Assembly (NCBI GenBank): GCA_050253335.1 | Contig: JBFWJG010000023.1 | Location: forward strand, 1 to 34,930 | DNA length: 34,930 nt | Source of the DNA: Deferribacterales bacterium | GTDB lineage: Bacteria; Chrysiogenota; Deferribacteres; Deferribacterales; Geovibrionaceae | Reading direction: 5' to 3' | In this document: in pieces, positions 17,806 to 27,380 of the stretch | How the letters are laid out: every line of letters starts with the position of its first letter | Numbering within the stretch: position 1 is the first letter of the stretch | Program-made: the position numbers and the translations under genes | Notes under the pieces: generated by a model | What the model was told of the DNA's origin: nothing | Databases searched by the model: none | What the model saw: the letters and a program-made list of their open reading frames with translations, nothing else

Positions 17806-18732
17806 TCAATCCTTTAATTTCTTCAATCTCTCTGCCCTGCTTACGATTTCCTTGATGCGGAAACCGAAGTAGCCGTCGACTATGACCACCTCTCCGCGGG
17901 CTATTACCTTATTGTTTACAACAAGTTCAACAGGTTCGTCCGCCGATTCGTCAAGCTCCACTATGTTTCCTGAGCCCATAGTAAGTATATCCTTTAGAAA
18001 CATCCTTGTAGAGCCCATTTTTACACTTACCGGAACATCAATGTCCAGCAGCATGTCCATATTCTGATTGCCGCTGCCGGATGAAGAGCCCATGGAGCCC
18101 ATGGAATCGCGCATTCCGTCGTCCGGATCGTCAGGGAAGGTGAACGCGGAAGCGAAGTCCGGTTCATCGTCACTGCCGGCAGAAGAGGCCGCTCCCTTCC
18201 CCGAGAAAAGAGAAAGCAGATCTTCATCCATAAAAAAACGCATTGCCGTTTTGCGTTCGCCGATTGTAAATTTCATATCGGCTATAAAATAGCTCTCAGA
18301 CTGGAAGAGAGCGGAGTTTTCGTTTTTGAGCACATCGTCAACCTTAAAGCTGACTTTTTTGCCCAGTCTCTCCTCAATGGGAACGCTCAGTGACGCCAGA
18401 AGCTGTTGACAAAGCTCCTTCACGGCATCCGGATCGTCCTCTCCCAGCTCCTCCGTGCCTTCTGAATCCATCATAAGCATCAGAGATGCCAGCATTGTTA
18501 TGTCTTTTGTATAAAAAAACAGCCCTGCGTCAAAACCCGACATTTCCTCAGTGTGGGAAACGGCTGTATGCGTCTCGTACCCATACATAAGCTCTTCCGC
18601 TCCGCCCGCATATGCATCGGACAGAGAGATGCTTATCTCTTTATCAAACATGCTGCCGAAGGTTGAGGCAAACATGTCGGTTATCACTCCTGTAAAAGCG
18701 GCGTATCTGCCTTTATCCAGTTCTTTCCTCAT
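17806..18732 (-). CDS. fliY: Flagellar motor switch protein FliY/FliN (N-terminal CheC-like part plus C-terminal FliN domain)
   Basis: C-terminal SpoA/FliN domain (LLDIDVPVSVKMG, ARGEVVIVDGYFGFRI) with a ~200 aa N-terminal extension. Confidence 0.85.
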   Translation of the reverse strand: MRKELDKGRYAAFTGVITDMFASTFGSMFDKEISISLSDAYAGGAEELMYGYETHTAVSHTEEMSGFDAGLFFYTKDITMLASLMLMMDSEGTEELGEDDPDAVKELCQQLLASLSVPIEERLGKKVSFKVDDVLKNENSALFQSESYFIADMKFTIGERKTAMRFFMDEDLLSLFSGKGAASSAGSDDEPDFASAFTFPDDPDDGMRDSMGSMGSSSGSGNQNMDMLLDIDVPVSVKMGSTRMFLKDILTMGSGNIVELDESADEPVELVVNNKVIARGEVVIVDGYFGFRIKEIVSRAERLKKLKD

Positions 18733-19723
18733 TACCTTCTTCCGTTATTATTTCATTTATCCGCACAGCCTTGCGCACGCCGAGCGTGCCGATATGACCG
18801 TAAAACTTCTTTTTGTTGTTGATAAAGATGTCTGACGGCGTGCCCGCCTTAACATCCATCATAACCAGATCCCCCTCATGGAGATTCATAATCTCCTCAA
18901 TGGTAAGGGTCGTCCGCCCTATGGAGGTGCGGAAGGGAATCTTTATTTCCTCAAGCATGTCGAGAATGTGCTTCTCATTGTCGCCGAACTTGCCTTTTTT
19001 AGCGCCTATCAGCCAGTCCTGACTGCTTATTTTACCGAGAACAGGCTCAAGAACGATCGCCGGGATGCAGAGGTTCATCATGCCTGTCGCCTCTCCGAAC
19101 TTTATCTCAAACACCACAAGGATCACAACCTCGTTCTGTGCAACGATCTGAATGATATGCGGGCTGTTTTCGCTCAGTTCCTTCTTAAAGCGGATGTTCT
19201 GGACAATCTGCCGCCAAACCTCTTCAAGATCTTTAAGGATGAGGGTTATGATCCCCTCTATTATGTGCTGTTCAAGACTCGTAAGCTCACGGGTCTGGAA
19301 CAGGGGCTGGCCGGGACCGCCCAGAAGCTTGTCGACTATGGGGAAAACCAGCGAAGGGTTGATCTCCAGAACCGCGTTCCCCTCCATGGGTATCATGCTT
19401 ATAATATTGAAACTGGTAGGGTCAGGCAGAGACATAAGAAACTCGCCGTATGTCATCTGATCCACGCTCACCAGAGTTATATCCGTAATGGTTCTCAGAA
19501 AGTTTGACAGAGAAGAGGAGAAGTTGCGCGCAAACTTATCATGAAGGTTGCGGATCGAACGAAGCTGCTCCTTTGAAACCCTGTCCGGCCTGCGGAAATC
19601 GTAGACCGAAATCTTCTTAGGCACAAAGTCAAGCTGCTGTATCGAATTGTCCGATAAATCATCCTCCGTTGACACAGTGGACAATAGAGCATCAATCTCT
19701 TCCTGACTTAAAATATCTGCCAT
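18713..19723 (-). CDS. fliM: Flagellar motor switch protein FliM
   Basis: LSQEEIDALL, YDFRRPDRVSKEQLR, VDKLLGG and GMMNLCIP. Confidence 0.97.
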   Translation of the reverse strand: MADILSQEEIDALLSTVSTEDDLSDNSIQQLDFVPKKISVYDFRRPDRVSKEQLRSIRNLHDKFARNFSSSLSNFLRTITDITLVSVDQMTYGEFLMSLPDPTSFNIISMIPMEGNAVLEINPSLVFPIVDKLLGGPGQPLFQTRELTSLEQHIIEGIITLILKDLEEVWRQIVQNIRFKKELSENSPHIIQIVAQNEVVILVVFEIKFGEATGMMNLCIPAIVLEPVLGKISSQDWLIGAKKGKFGDNEKHILDMLEEIKIPFRTSIGRTTLTIEEIMNLHEGDLVMMDVKAGTPSDIFINNKKKFYGHIGTLGVRKAVRINEIITEEGNEERTG

Positions 19724-19914
19724 ATATTAATCCGTTACTCCGTTTATAACCGTATATTGTCCACAGGCGTTCCCACGAACGGGAACACGCCGTGCGAAGC
19801 GAAGCCGCATACATGCGGCGCGAGCGTGTGCGGAAAAAAGACAGGAAGTGCTTTTTTCCGTATCAGGACAGACAATAGAGCATCAATCTCTTCCTGACTT
19901 AAAATATCTGCCAT
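19680..19914. repeat. Exact 44-bp direct repeat (19680-19723 and 19871-19914) duplicating the fliM 5' end
   Basis: GACAATAGAGCATCAATCTCTTCCTGACTTAAAATATCTGCCAT occurs twice, flanking a 147-bp insert. Confidence 0.97.
19724..19870 (+). mobile_element. Structured non-autonomous element, locus B
   Basis: Core 19767-19870 shares the GTTCC..GGAAC hairpin, CGCCGTGCG, GCGAGCGTGTG and the terminal A-tract/T-tract hairpin with 33931-34012; flanked by a long direct repeat. Mobility is inferred. Confidence 0.7.
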
Positions 19915-19944
19915 TTGTTACCTTAAATGCTTTTTTTATTTAAT

Positions 19945-19980
19945 GAGAAACCCTTTTTTAACGAAAAAAAAGTGTTTCTC
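19945..19980. repeat. Imperfect AT-rich palindrome (REP-like)
   Basis: GAGAAAC-C-CTTTTTT...AAAAAAG-T-GTTTCTC inverted repeat in the cheB-fliM spacer. Confidence 0.5.
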
Positions 19981-19991
19981 AAACTCTTCCC

Positions 19992-20026
19992 AAAAAACTG
20001 CACTCTATAATTAAAAAGAGTACAGT
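19992..20026 (-). terminator. Probable terminator after cheB
   Basis: Minus strand ACTGTACTCT-N10-AGAGTGCAGT followed by a T-tract, starting just after the cheB stop. Confidence 0.6.
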
Positions 20027-20031
20027 GCCGT

Positions 20032-21126
20032 TTACCTGCAATGGAATATGATTCTGTTAAATATATCGTCCAAAGGAACGATTTCATCAGCTATTCCCGC
20101 TTCGACCACAGCGCGGGGCATTCCGTAAACTATGCTTGATTCCTCATCCTGCGCTATGACGCTGCCGCCTTTGAGCTTGAGAAGCTGGAGCCCTTTCTTT
20201 CCGTCTGCGCCCATTCCGGTCATTATAACGCCGAGGGCGTCTTTCCCCGCCACTTCAGCGACAGAAGCCGCAGTCACGTCCACACTGGGAACATGAAGGT
20301 GTCCGGCCGCATCGGGATTAAGCTCTGTAACGTAGTTTGCGCCTATCTTTTTTATCCTGAGGTGCTGTCCGCCCTTTGCGATGTAAACCGTGTTGGCCTC
20401 AAGCTTTTCATTTCCCTGAGATTCCACCACGTTCAGCTTGCTCAGCGAATTCAGCCTCTGGGCGAGCGACTGCGTGAAGTTGGGGGGCATGTGCTGAACC
20501 ACGACTATCGGAACGCCGATGTCGCCGGGCAGTCTCGGTATAACCTTCTGGAGAGACTGGGGGCCGCCTGTGGAGGTTCCTATCACAACAATCCTTTTGT
20601 GACCGGGTTTGGAGATGGTTCTCCCTGCGGCCGAAGGTGCGGAGGGAGCCTGAACCCCGCCGAACGGAGCGGAAGGCGCCGACGGCCTTGTGAATGATGA
20701 AGGGCGCAGTCTGCGCATAAGGTTTGTTCTTCTGGCGAACTGCTTTATCTTATTGCGCAGGTCGTCCTCTATGTTCATGACGCCGAAGCTGGCGAATGAT
20801 TTCTCTTTCGGAATGAAGTCCACGGCGCCCAGATCAAGGGCTTTCATTGTGGCTTCCGCGCCCTCTGTGGTAAGCGAGCTGACCATAATGACGGGCAGAG
20901 GGTTTTCGCTCATTATTTTTTCAAGGGCGCTCAGTCCGTCCATTCTGGGCATCTCGATATCGAGGGTCATGACATCGGGTTTAAGGTTCTTAGCCATCTC
21001 AACCGCGTCCAGACCGTTCCGCCCCTGACCGATTATCTCAATTTCGGAATCCTTGGCGAGCATGGATTCAATGGCTTTTCTCATAAATGCGGAATCATCA
21101 ACAATAACAACTTTGATTTTATTCAT
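20032..21126 (-). CDS. cheB: Chemotaxis protein-glutamate methylesterase CheB
   Basis: REC (VDDSAFMR, TLDIEMP) plus esterase motifs GTSTGGP, QHMP, PSVD, MTGMGADG and VYGMP. Confidence 0.97.
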   Translation of the reverse strand: MNKIKVVIVDDSAFMRKAIESMLAKDSEIEIIGQGRNGLDAVEMAKNLKPDVMTLDIEMPRMDGLSALEKIMSENPLPVIMVSSLTTEGAEATMKALDLGAVDFIPKEKSFASFGVMNIEDDLRNKIKQFARRTNLMRRLRPSSFTRPSAPSAPFGGVQAPSAPSAAGRTISKPGHKRIVVIGTSTGGPQSLQKVIPRLPGDIGVPIVVVQHMPPNFTQSLAQRLNSLSKLNVVESQGNEKLEANTVYIAKGGQHLRIKKIGANYVTELNPDAAGHLHVPSVDVTAASVAEVAGKDALGVIMTGMGADGKKGLQLLKLKGGSVIAQDEESSIVYGMPRAVVEAGIADEIVPLDDIFNRIIFHCR

Positions 21127-21859
21127 AGAACTCTTTCAGCCTCCTTTTGAGTTTTGTCACGGCCGCAGAGTGGATTTGCGAAACCCTCGATTCTGTGATA
21201 TTCAGAACCTCTGCAATCTCTTTCATGGTAAGTTCTTCGTAGTAGTAGAGAGTAATGGCATATTTCTCTTTCTCGGGGAGGCTGTCTATCTCCTCGCCGA
21301 GTCTTTCTATGAGCTTGTTCTTCACTGCTTCGTCTTCCGGAGTGAGCCCTTTGCTTTTTATGAAATCGATCAGGTTGCTCTCGCCTTCGCCGCCGACAGA
21401 CTCATCAAGGCTGAGAAGCTTGTCATTATCCTGAAGCTCAAGAAGGCGGTAGACCTCCTTCGCCTCGAAGTCGCTTCCTGCGACTATTTCCTCCACGGAA
21501 GGGCGTGCACCCTGCTCACGGTAGGTTCTTTCTATGAAGGCCTCAAGCTGTTTAAGCCTTGTGCGCACGTTGCGGGGAAGAAAGTCGAGGCTCCTCAGAG
21601 TATCGAGGATTGAGCCCTTTATTCTTCTCTCGGCAAAGGTGTAGAAATTAACATTTCTGTCCTTGTCAAAGCGGTCCATACTTTCTATCAGACCCACGCA
21701 GGCCGAGGAATAAAGGTCATCAAGATCAACGCTGTCAGGAAGAGACGCACTCATACGGATAACCCAGGATTTTATCCTGGGCATGAACTCCTGAATAATT
21801 TTCTCCCTCTCTTCAGGGGAAAATCTGTTTACAGCGCCGCCTGCCTCATAGTGCATCAA
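21119..21859 (-). CDS. fliA: RNA polymerase sigma-28 factor FliA/WhiG
   Basis: DLDDLYS, RIKGSILDTLRSLD and LYYYEELTMKEIAEVLNITESRVSQIH; follows flhF-flhG. Confidence 0.96.
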   Translation of the reverse strand: MMHYEAGGAVNRFSPEEREKIIQEFMPRIKSWVIRMSASLPDSVDLDDLYSSACVGLIESMDRFDKDRNVNFYTFAERRIKGSILDTLRSLDFLPRNVRTRLKQLEAFIERTYREQGARPSVEEIVAGSDFEAKEVYRLLELQDNDKLLSLDESVGGEGESNLIDFIKSKGLTPEDEAVKNKLIERLGEEIDSLPEKEKYAITLYYYEELTMKEIAEVLNITESRVSQIHSAAVTKLKRRLKEFYE

Positions 21860-22059
21860 AGTATCTTCCTGTAGTTAATCATAATCTTGTCTATGTAGAG
21901 GAAAAGTTTTTCGGTCACGTAATAAATAATGAAAAACATTATAATATCCCTCGTCACATAAGTCAATTTTACCTCAAGCAGAAAGAACTTGTAAACAAAT
22001 GAAGAAACAAAGGCAACAGTGGCCAGCATTAATGCCAGTTCCCTGTGGAGGAAGTTCAT
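21856..22059 (-). CDS. Small two-TM hypothetical protein
   Basis: 67 aa hydrophobic ORF overlapping both flhG and fliA by 4 bp, which suggests translational coupling. Confidence 0.7.
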   Translation of the reverse strand: MNFLHRELALMLATVAFVSSFVYKFFLLEVKLTYVTRDIIMFFIIYYVTEKLFLYIDKIMINYRKIL

Positions 22060-22901
22060 TTAAACACCCCCCTGAGAAGGCTGTACAGCCCCTCCTTGCG
22101 GGTGTTTTCGGCGGGGAGCCCCAGTATATTTCTGGCTATGTTGTAAATATCCCGGGAGTACGCGCCGTTCTGGTTTATTTCGCATACGGGCTTCTGAAAT
22201 TTCACGGAGCTAATAACCTGCTTGTCCTCCCGCAGATGCCCGAGAAGGTCAAGCTCAACATCGAGAAACTTCTTCGCAACGTTTTTCATGCTCATATAAA
22301 TATTTTTCACACCGTTCACATCGTCCACCCTGTTGAGCACAAAGCGGATGCGGTTTATGCCGTGGTCGAAGTGAACCACTTTCATAAAAGCATAGGCATC
22401 AGTAATAGCCGTGGGTTCCGGCTGGGTGATGACAATAACAGTGTCTGCTATGGCGGCGAATTTTGTCACAGTTTCGGATATGCCTGCGCCGGTATCGAAC
22501 AGAATATAATCGTAAGCTCCGTCAAGGCCTACGAATATTTCCACAATCTTTTCAAACTCGCTCTCGCTGAGGTTGGTCAGGTCGGAAAATCCGCTGGAGG
22601 CGGGGATCACGTCAAAGCCGTAAATATCTTTTTTTATTACGTTTTCTATCTCCGCTTCGCCCTGCATATATTTTCTGATGGAAGCGGTCACGGTGAGATT
22701 AAGCAGTATATCAACATTGGCGAGCCCTAAATCCGCATCGAAAACAAGAACTTTTTTCCCCATTTTCGCAAGCCAGTAGGCAAGGTTTACCACAAAGTTG
22801 GTCTTGCCGACCCCTCCCTTGCCGCTGGAGACGGAAATATACTTTGCCCGCCGCTTTTTATCCCATGCTTTTCGTCTTAAATTGTGCGCCTGATCTGTCA
22901 T
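22056..22901 (-). CDS. flhG: Flagellar number regulator FlhG/FleN (MinD-like ATPase)
   Basis: DQAHNLR N-terminal motif, SGKGGVGKTN, DADLGLANVD, DTGAGI and PEPTAITDAYA. Confidence 0.95.
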   Translation of the reverse strand: MTDQAHNLRRKAWDKKRRAKYISVSSGKGGVGKTNFVVNLAYWLAKMGKKVLVFDADLGLANVDILLNLTVTASIRKYMQGEAEIENVIKKDIYGFDVIPASSGFSDLTNLSESEFEKIVEIFVGLDGAYDYILFDTGAGISETVTKFAAIADTVIVITQPEPTAITDAYAFMKVVHFDHGINRIRFVLNRVDDVNGVKNIYMSMKNVAKKFLDVELDLLGHLREDKQVISSVKFQKPVCEINQNGAYSRDIYNIARNILGLPAENTRKEGLYSLLRGVFK

Positions 22902-24235
22902 CTTTCACTCCAGAACCCCGGAATATCCCTGAGGATCTGACTAGCAATCTTCCTGCCATCGGGAATCTCCATGTCATCAGGGACATTCTGACCCGTGGAA
23001 AGAAGAAGAACTGGTGTTTTCTTGCGGATGGGCAGGTTCACCATCGGCCCGAAGTATTTTGTTTCGTCCAGCTTGGTGAAAACAACATATTCCGGCATGA
23101 GTGCGCCGTAGTTTTCGAAAGTTTCCGCCATTTCGGCGTGGTTGCTGCTCATGGACATGACAAGGGCGACGGTCATCCTGTCCCCTGCGCTGAGGAATCT
23201 GCGGAGATCACCTATCTGTTCCGTGTCGAACTGGCTTCTGCCCATGGAATCCACAAAGACGTAGTCATAGCCTTCCGTGCGGGCGAGTATCGCCTGAAGT
23301 TCCTCTGGGCTTGAAGCCACCTGAAGAGGGATATCCACTATCTCGGCGTATGTCTTGAGCTGTTCCACTGCGCCTATCCTGAAATTGTCTATGGTGATGA
23401 GGCTGACTCTTTTTTTAAGTTTGAGAGAGAGATTAGCGGCGATTTTTGCCACTGTGGTGGTTTTCCCCACACCAGTAGGACCCACAAAGGCGACTATCTT
23501 CCTGTTGAGGGAAGAAAAATAATCCTTCTCGATGGGGATGAGATCCCCGAGAAGCTGAACAATCAGGTTGCGTATCTGGCTTCTGGTAAGCCCCGCCGTG
23601 GCGCGTTTTTCTATGCGTTTGAGAAATTTATATGCGATAACGTCATCCACGCCGTTCTTCACCATAAGAGAGTAAAACTCTTTGAGCTGCTCCGGCAGGT
23701 CGACTACTATATTTTCGGTGAGTGCGCTCTTCATCTCAAGCATCTGCTTTTTGATTTCGGCGACATCGGAAATAAGGCTCTCGAAGCGGTTCAGCCCGAG
23801 GGTGTTAATGAGCTCGGCCAGCTTGTCCACACCGCCCTGCTGATAGGTTTCGGGCTTGGCTTGATTAGCCTGTCTGGATGTTTCCGATCTGTAGACTTTT
23901 TCCTGCGCGGGGCGGCGTATGTCCGCGGCGAAGGTTTCCGGTCTGAAATCGTCCTCGTCTTTCGGTGCTGCCATTTTGCCGAAGCCGTTGTAGGTGGAGT
24001 CTGCCCCCTGAGGCTTGGGTCTCGCGGCCTTTGCCTTGGCTGTTTTTTCCATGAGAATGCGCTCGTCCATGTCCACCGCGGCGGTGACCTCAAGGAGGGG
24101 TTTGGAGAAAAGACCGAAGCTGTTGTTTTTAACGACTTTTCTGGTGGAGAGAATCACAGCCTCGGAGCCGAGCTCCTGCTTGATCATTCTCATCGCTTCA
24201 GCCATGTCGTATGCTTCGTACTTCTTTATCTTCAT
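22898..24235 (-). CDS. flhF: Flagellar SRP-family GTPase FlhF
   Basis: GPTGVGKTTTVAKIAA, DNFRIGAVEQL, DSMGRS, TKLDET and GQNVPDD. Confidence 0.96.
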   Translation of the reverse strand: MKIKKYEAYDMAEAMRMIKQELGSEAVILSTRKVVKNNSFGLFSKPLLEVTAAVDMDERILMEKTAKAKAARPKPQGADSTYNGFGKMAAPKDEDDFRPETFAADIRRPAQEKVYRSETSRQANQAKPETYQQGGVDKLAELINTLGLNRFESLISDVAEIKKQMLEMKSALTENIVVDLPEQLKEFYSLMVKNGVDDVIAYKFLKRIEKRATAGLTRSQIRNLIVQLLGDLIPIEKDYFSSLNRKIVAFVGPTGVGKTTTVAKIAANLSLKLKKRVSLITIDNFRIGAVEQLKTYAEIVDIPLQVASSPEELQAILARTEGYDYVFVDSMGRSQFDTEQIGDLRRFLSAGDRMTVALVMSMSSNHAEMAETFENYGALMPEYVVFTKLDETKYFGPMVNLPIRKKTPVLLLSTGQNVPDDMEIPDGRKIASQILRDIPGFWSER

Positions 24236-26313
24236 ATCTTAATCTCCAGCATGCCGAGGCTTTCAATCCTGACATTCTCGCTTATTTCATTGTGGGATAT
24301 AACATTAATGTTCTTGATAAACTTCTCCGCGAAGCGCCTCATGGCAGAGCGCAGCGGCGGCGAAATAACAAGAACGGGGCTGAAGCCTTTCTGAGCCACC
24401 TCATCCACCTTGGCAATCATTTTTGAAAGTATCTTCTGCGCCGCAAGGGGATCTATAAGTATATCCTTTCCTTCGTCCCCCTGCTGAAGATTTTTCGCAA
24501 GAAGCTGCTCAATCTCAGACGGCAGGGTAAAAACATAAAGAGCGCCGTCCGGCGCGAGGAGGCTTTCGGTTATCTGCCTTCTTAAAGAAAGACGCACCCT
24601 CTCCGTGAGGTTTTCCACATCCTTGGTCTGCACGCCGTAAGCGGCCAGAACCTCCAGAATGCTCCGCAGGTTGCGGATGGAGATCCTCTCCCTCAGCAGA
24701 TTCTGAAGCACCCTGTTCACTGTGCCGAGATCCAGTATATTGGGGATGAGATCCTCCACCAGCTTGGGATACTTCTCTTTCACGCCGTTTACAAGCTCAA
24801 GGGTTTCCTGTCTGCCTATAAGCTCATTGGCATAGGACTTGATGACTTCTGTCAGGTGGGTCGCAATCACAGTGGCGGGGTCGACTATGGTAAAGCCGTT
24901 AAGCTCGGCCTTCTCCTTCTGCCTTTCATCCACCCACTTGGCGGCAAGCCCGAAGGCGGGCTCTTTGGTGGCGATGCCGTCTATTTTGTCCACGTTTCCT
25001 TCAGGGTTCATCACCAGAAACTTGTCGGGAAAGATTGTTCCGGTGGCGACTTTCACTCCTTTGAGGAGTATGTTGTATCCGTTTCCGTCAAGCTGGAGAT
25101 TGTCCCTTATCCTCACAGGGGGGACAATGATCCCCATCTCAAGAGCTATCTGCTTGCGTATTGATTTTATGCGGTTAAGAAGGGTTCCTCCCTGCGCGGA
25201 ATCCACAAGGGGGATAAGACTGAAACCTATCCCAAGCTCCATTGTGTCCATCTCCAGAAGTTCCCTTACCTCTTCCTCCTCGGTTGCGGGCTTGCGCTCC
25301 TCCTCCTGTTCCTCCTCCTCTTCCTCGGGCTTTTCCGCCGCTTTTTTTGCGGAATGCGCTATGGCAAAGAAAATTCCTGAAAGAAAAAGAAAAGGGAAAA
25401 AGGGCATACCGGGAACGACCGCGAAGAAAAGAAGTATGCCGGCAGTGATATAGAGCACCCTTGTGCTGCGGAAAAGCTGTCTGGCAAGCTGGCCGCTGAG
25501 ATCCTTGTCTCCGCCGCCCGCACGGGAAACTATAAGACCAGCCGCGGTAGAGACAATAAGCGAGGGAATCTGGCTGACCAGACCGTCCCCCACGGTGAGT
25601 ATGGTGAACACGCCTGCCGCCTCGCCGACATCCATTCCGTTCTGGAGAACGCCAATGGCAAGACCGCCGATTATGTTTATGCCTGTAATAATAAGACCCG
25701 CCACGGCATCGCCGCGGACAAACTTGCTCGCACCGTCCATGGCTCCGTAATAGTCCGCTTCCTGCTGAATTTTAGCTCTCTTCGCCTTCGCCCCCGCCTC
25801 GTCTATGAGCCCCGCGTTAAGATCCGCGTCGATGCTCATCTGCTTTCCGGGCATAGCATCCAGTGTGAATCTGGCCGCCACTTCCGCTATACGGCCGGAA
25901 CCTTTGGTGATAACCATAAAGTTAATCAGTACAAGAATCAGGAATATGATAACGCCCACGGCATAGTTCCCGCCGACCACATACTGCCCGAAGGCCTGAA
26001 TAACATGCCCCGCCGCTCCTTCCCCTTCTGAACCGTTAAGGAGAATCCTCCTTGTTGAGGCAACGTTTAGGGAGAGCCTGAAAAGGGTTATTATCAGAAG
26101 AACCGAAGGGAAGGTGGAGAACTTCAGCGGTTCATCGGCGTAGATAGCCACCATGAGAATGAGAACAGAGAGAGCTATGCTGCATACAAGGAGAAGATCC
26201 AGAAACACGGCAGGCATCGGCAGAATCATGACTATGATTATACCGATAAAAAACAGACCGAAGCCTATCTCGCCCTGCTTTACCATTTTTGTCATAAGAC
26301 CGGACTGTGCCAC
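24232..26313 (-). CDS. flhA: Flagellar export protein FlhA
   Basis: RIAEVAARFTLDAMPGKQMSIDADL and GAMDGASKFVRGDA; GTG start. Confidence 0.97.
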   Translation of the reverse strand: MAQSGLMTKMVKQGEIGFGLFFIGIIIVMILPMPAVFLDLLLVCSIALSVLILMVAIYADEPLKFSTFPSVLLIITLFRLSLNVASTRRILLNGSEGEGAAGHVIQAFGQYVVGGNYAVGVIIFLILVLINFMVITKGSGRIAEVAARFTLDAMPGKQMSIDADLNAGLIDEAGAKAKRAKIQQEADYYGAMDGASKFVRGDAVAGLIITGINIIGGLAIGVLQNGMDVGEAAGVFTILTVGDGLVSQIPSLIVSTAAGLIVSRAGGGDKDLSGQLARQLFRSTRVLYITAGILLFFAVVPGMPFFPFLFLSGIFFAIAHSAKKAAEKPEEEEEEQEEERKPATEEEEVRELLEMDTMELGIGFSLIPLVDSAQGGTLLNRIKSIRKQIALEMGIIVPPVRIRDNLQLDGNGYNILLKGVKVATGTIFPDKFLVMNPEGNVDKIDGIATKEPAFGLAAKWVDERQKEKAELNGFTIVDPATVIATHLTEVIKSYANELIGRQETLELVNGVKEKYPKLVEDLIPNILDLGTVNRVLQNLLRERISIRNLRSILEVLAAYGVQTKDVENLTERVRLSLRRQITESLLAPDGALYVFTLPSEIEQLLAKNLQQGDEGKDILIDPLAAQKILSKMIAKVDEVAQKGFSPVLVISPPLRSAMRRFAEKFIKNINVISHNEISENVRIESLGMLEIKI

Positions 26314-26318
26314 TTAAA

Positions 26319-27380
26319 CTACCTTCTCATATGCTTAAATTTCCCTACAAGGGCAAGTATTTCTGCTACTGCTTTATACAAATTCTCAGGTATTTCATCA
26401 CCTATGTCAACTGTTTTGAAAAGCGTTCTGGCAAGGGGCGGGTCCTCATGGATAAGCACTCCGTTCTGTTTCGCGAGTTCCCTGATCCGAAGCGCCAGAA
26501 GCCTCTGCCCCTTGGCAACCACCATCGGAGCCTTGTCCTCTCCGGGGCGGTATCTGAGGGCAACCGCGAAGTGTGTCGGGTTTGTCACCACAACATCGGA
26601 CTTAGGAACGTCAGACATCATCCTCTTGCGCGCCATCTCCCTCTGCATGCTTCTTATTTTCTGCTTGATAAGTGGATCCCCCTCCATCTGCTTGAACTCC
26701 TCCTTGACCTCCTGCTTTGTCATCTTGAGGTCTTCGGTGTTCTGCCATTTCTGATACATGAAATCGATGATCGCAAGTATCAGTACAAGGACGCCTATCT
26801 TGAGGAAGAGCTCAAAAATCAGCATGAGAAAAAAAAGTATGCTGTCTATGGGTTCGGAATCACCGAGGCGGAGGATTGTGGGAATCTTCCCTTTTATTAT
26901 GTAAAAGGAGGCAAGCCCGACAACGAATATCTTGAACAGCGATTTAAAAAGCTCCACCAGACTGCGTTTGGAAAATATCCTGCCAAAGCCTTTTATTGGA
27001 TCAAGCCTGTCAAGCTTAACGGCAAGCGCCTTCGGACTGAAAAGAAAGCCGAACTGCATTATATTGGAGGCGATATTCACCACGAACAGCATCAGCAGCA
27101 CAGGAGCGAGAAGCTTCGTCATGAAAACAATGACAAAGAACATAAGCTTTATGGTGCTTTTCTCGTCCAGCACATAATCAAGGGACATGAATGATTCACG
27201 CATGAACCGCATCAGCTCGTCCGCCATTGTGGAAATATAGAAATACATGAATATTGCAGTGGCAACAAAAGTCACGGCTGCGCTGAGCTCCCTTGTCTTG
27301 GCTACGTTGCCTTCTTCTCTGGCTTTCTCAATCCGCCGCCCCGTGGGCTGTTCGGTCTTTTCCGAATCGTTGTCAGCCAT
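26319..27380 (-). CDS. flhB: Flagellar export protein FlhB
   Basis: EKTEQPT, EGDPLIK and the autocleavage motif NPTH. Confidence 0.97.
   Translation of the reverse strand: MADNDSEKTEQPTGRRIEKAREEGNVAKTRELSAAVTFVATAIFMYFYISTMADELMRFMRESFMSLDYVLDEKSTIKLMFFVIVFMTKLLAPVLLMLFVVNIASNIMQFGFLFSPKALAVKLDRLDPIKGFGRIFSKRSLVELFKSLFKIFVVGLASFYIIKGKIPTILRLGDSEPIDSILFFLMLIFELFLKIGVLVLILAIIDFMYQKWQNTEDLKMTKQEVKEEFKQMEGDPLIKQKIRSMQREMARKRMMSDVPKSDVVVTNPTHFAVALRYRPGEDKAPMVVAKGQRLLALRIRELAKQNGVLIHEDPPLARTLFKTVDIGDEIPENLYKAVAEILALVGKFKHMRR

Noticed and set aside
19680..19914. CRISPR or mini-array interpretation of the 44-bp and 33-bp direct repeats
   Set aside because: Only two copies each, the repeats are host coding sequence and differ between loci, the 'spacers' are the conserved part, and there are no cas genes.
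25265..25330. CTC/TCC low-complexity run in flhA
   Set aside because: It encodes the ordinary acidic FlhA linker (EEEEEEQEEE); in frame and not a contingency repeat.
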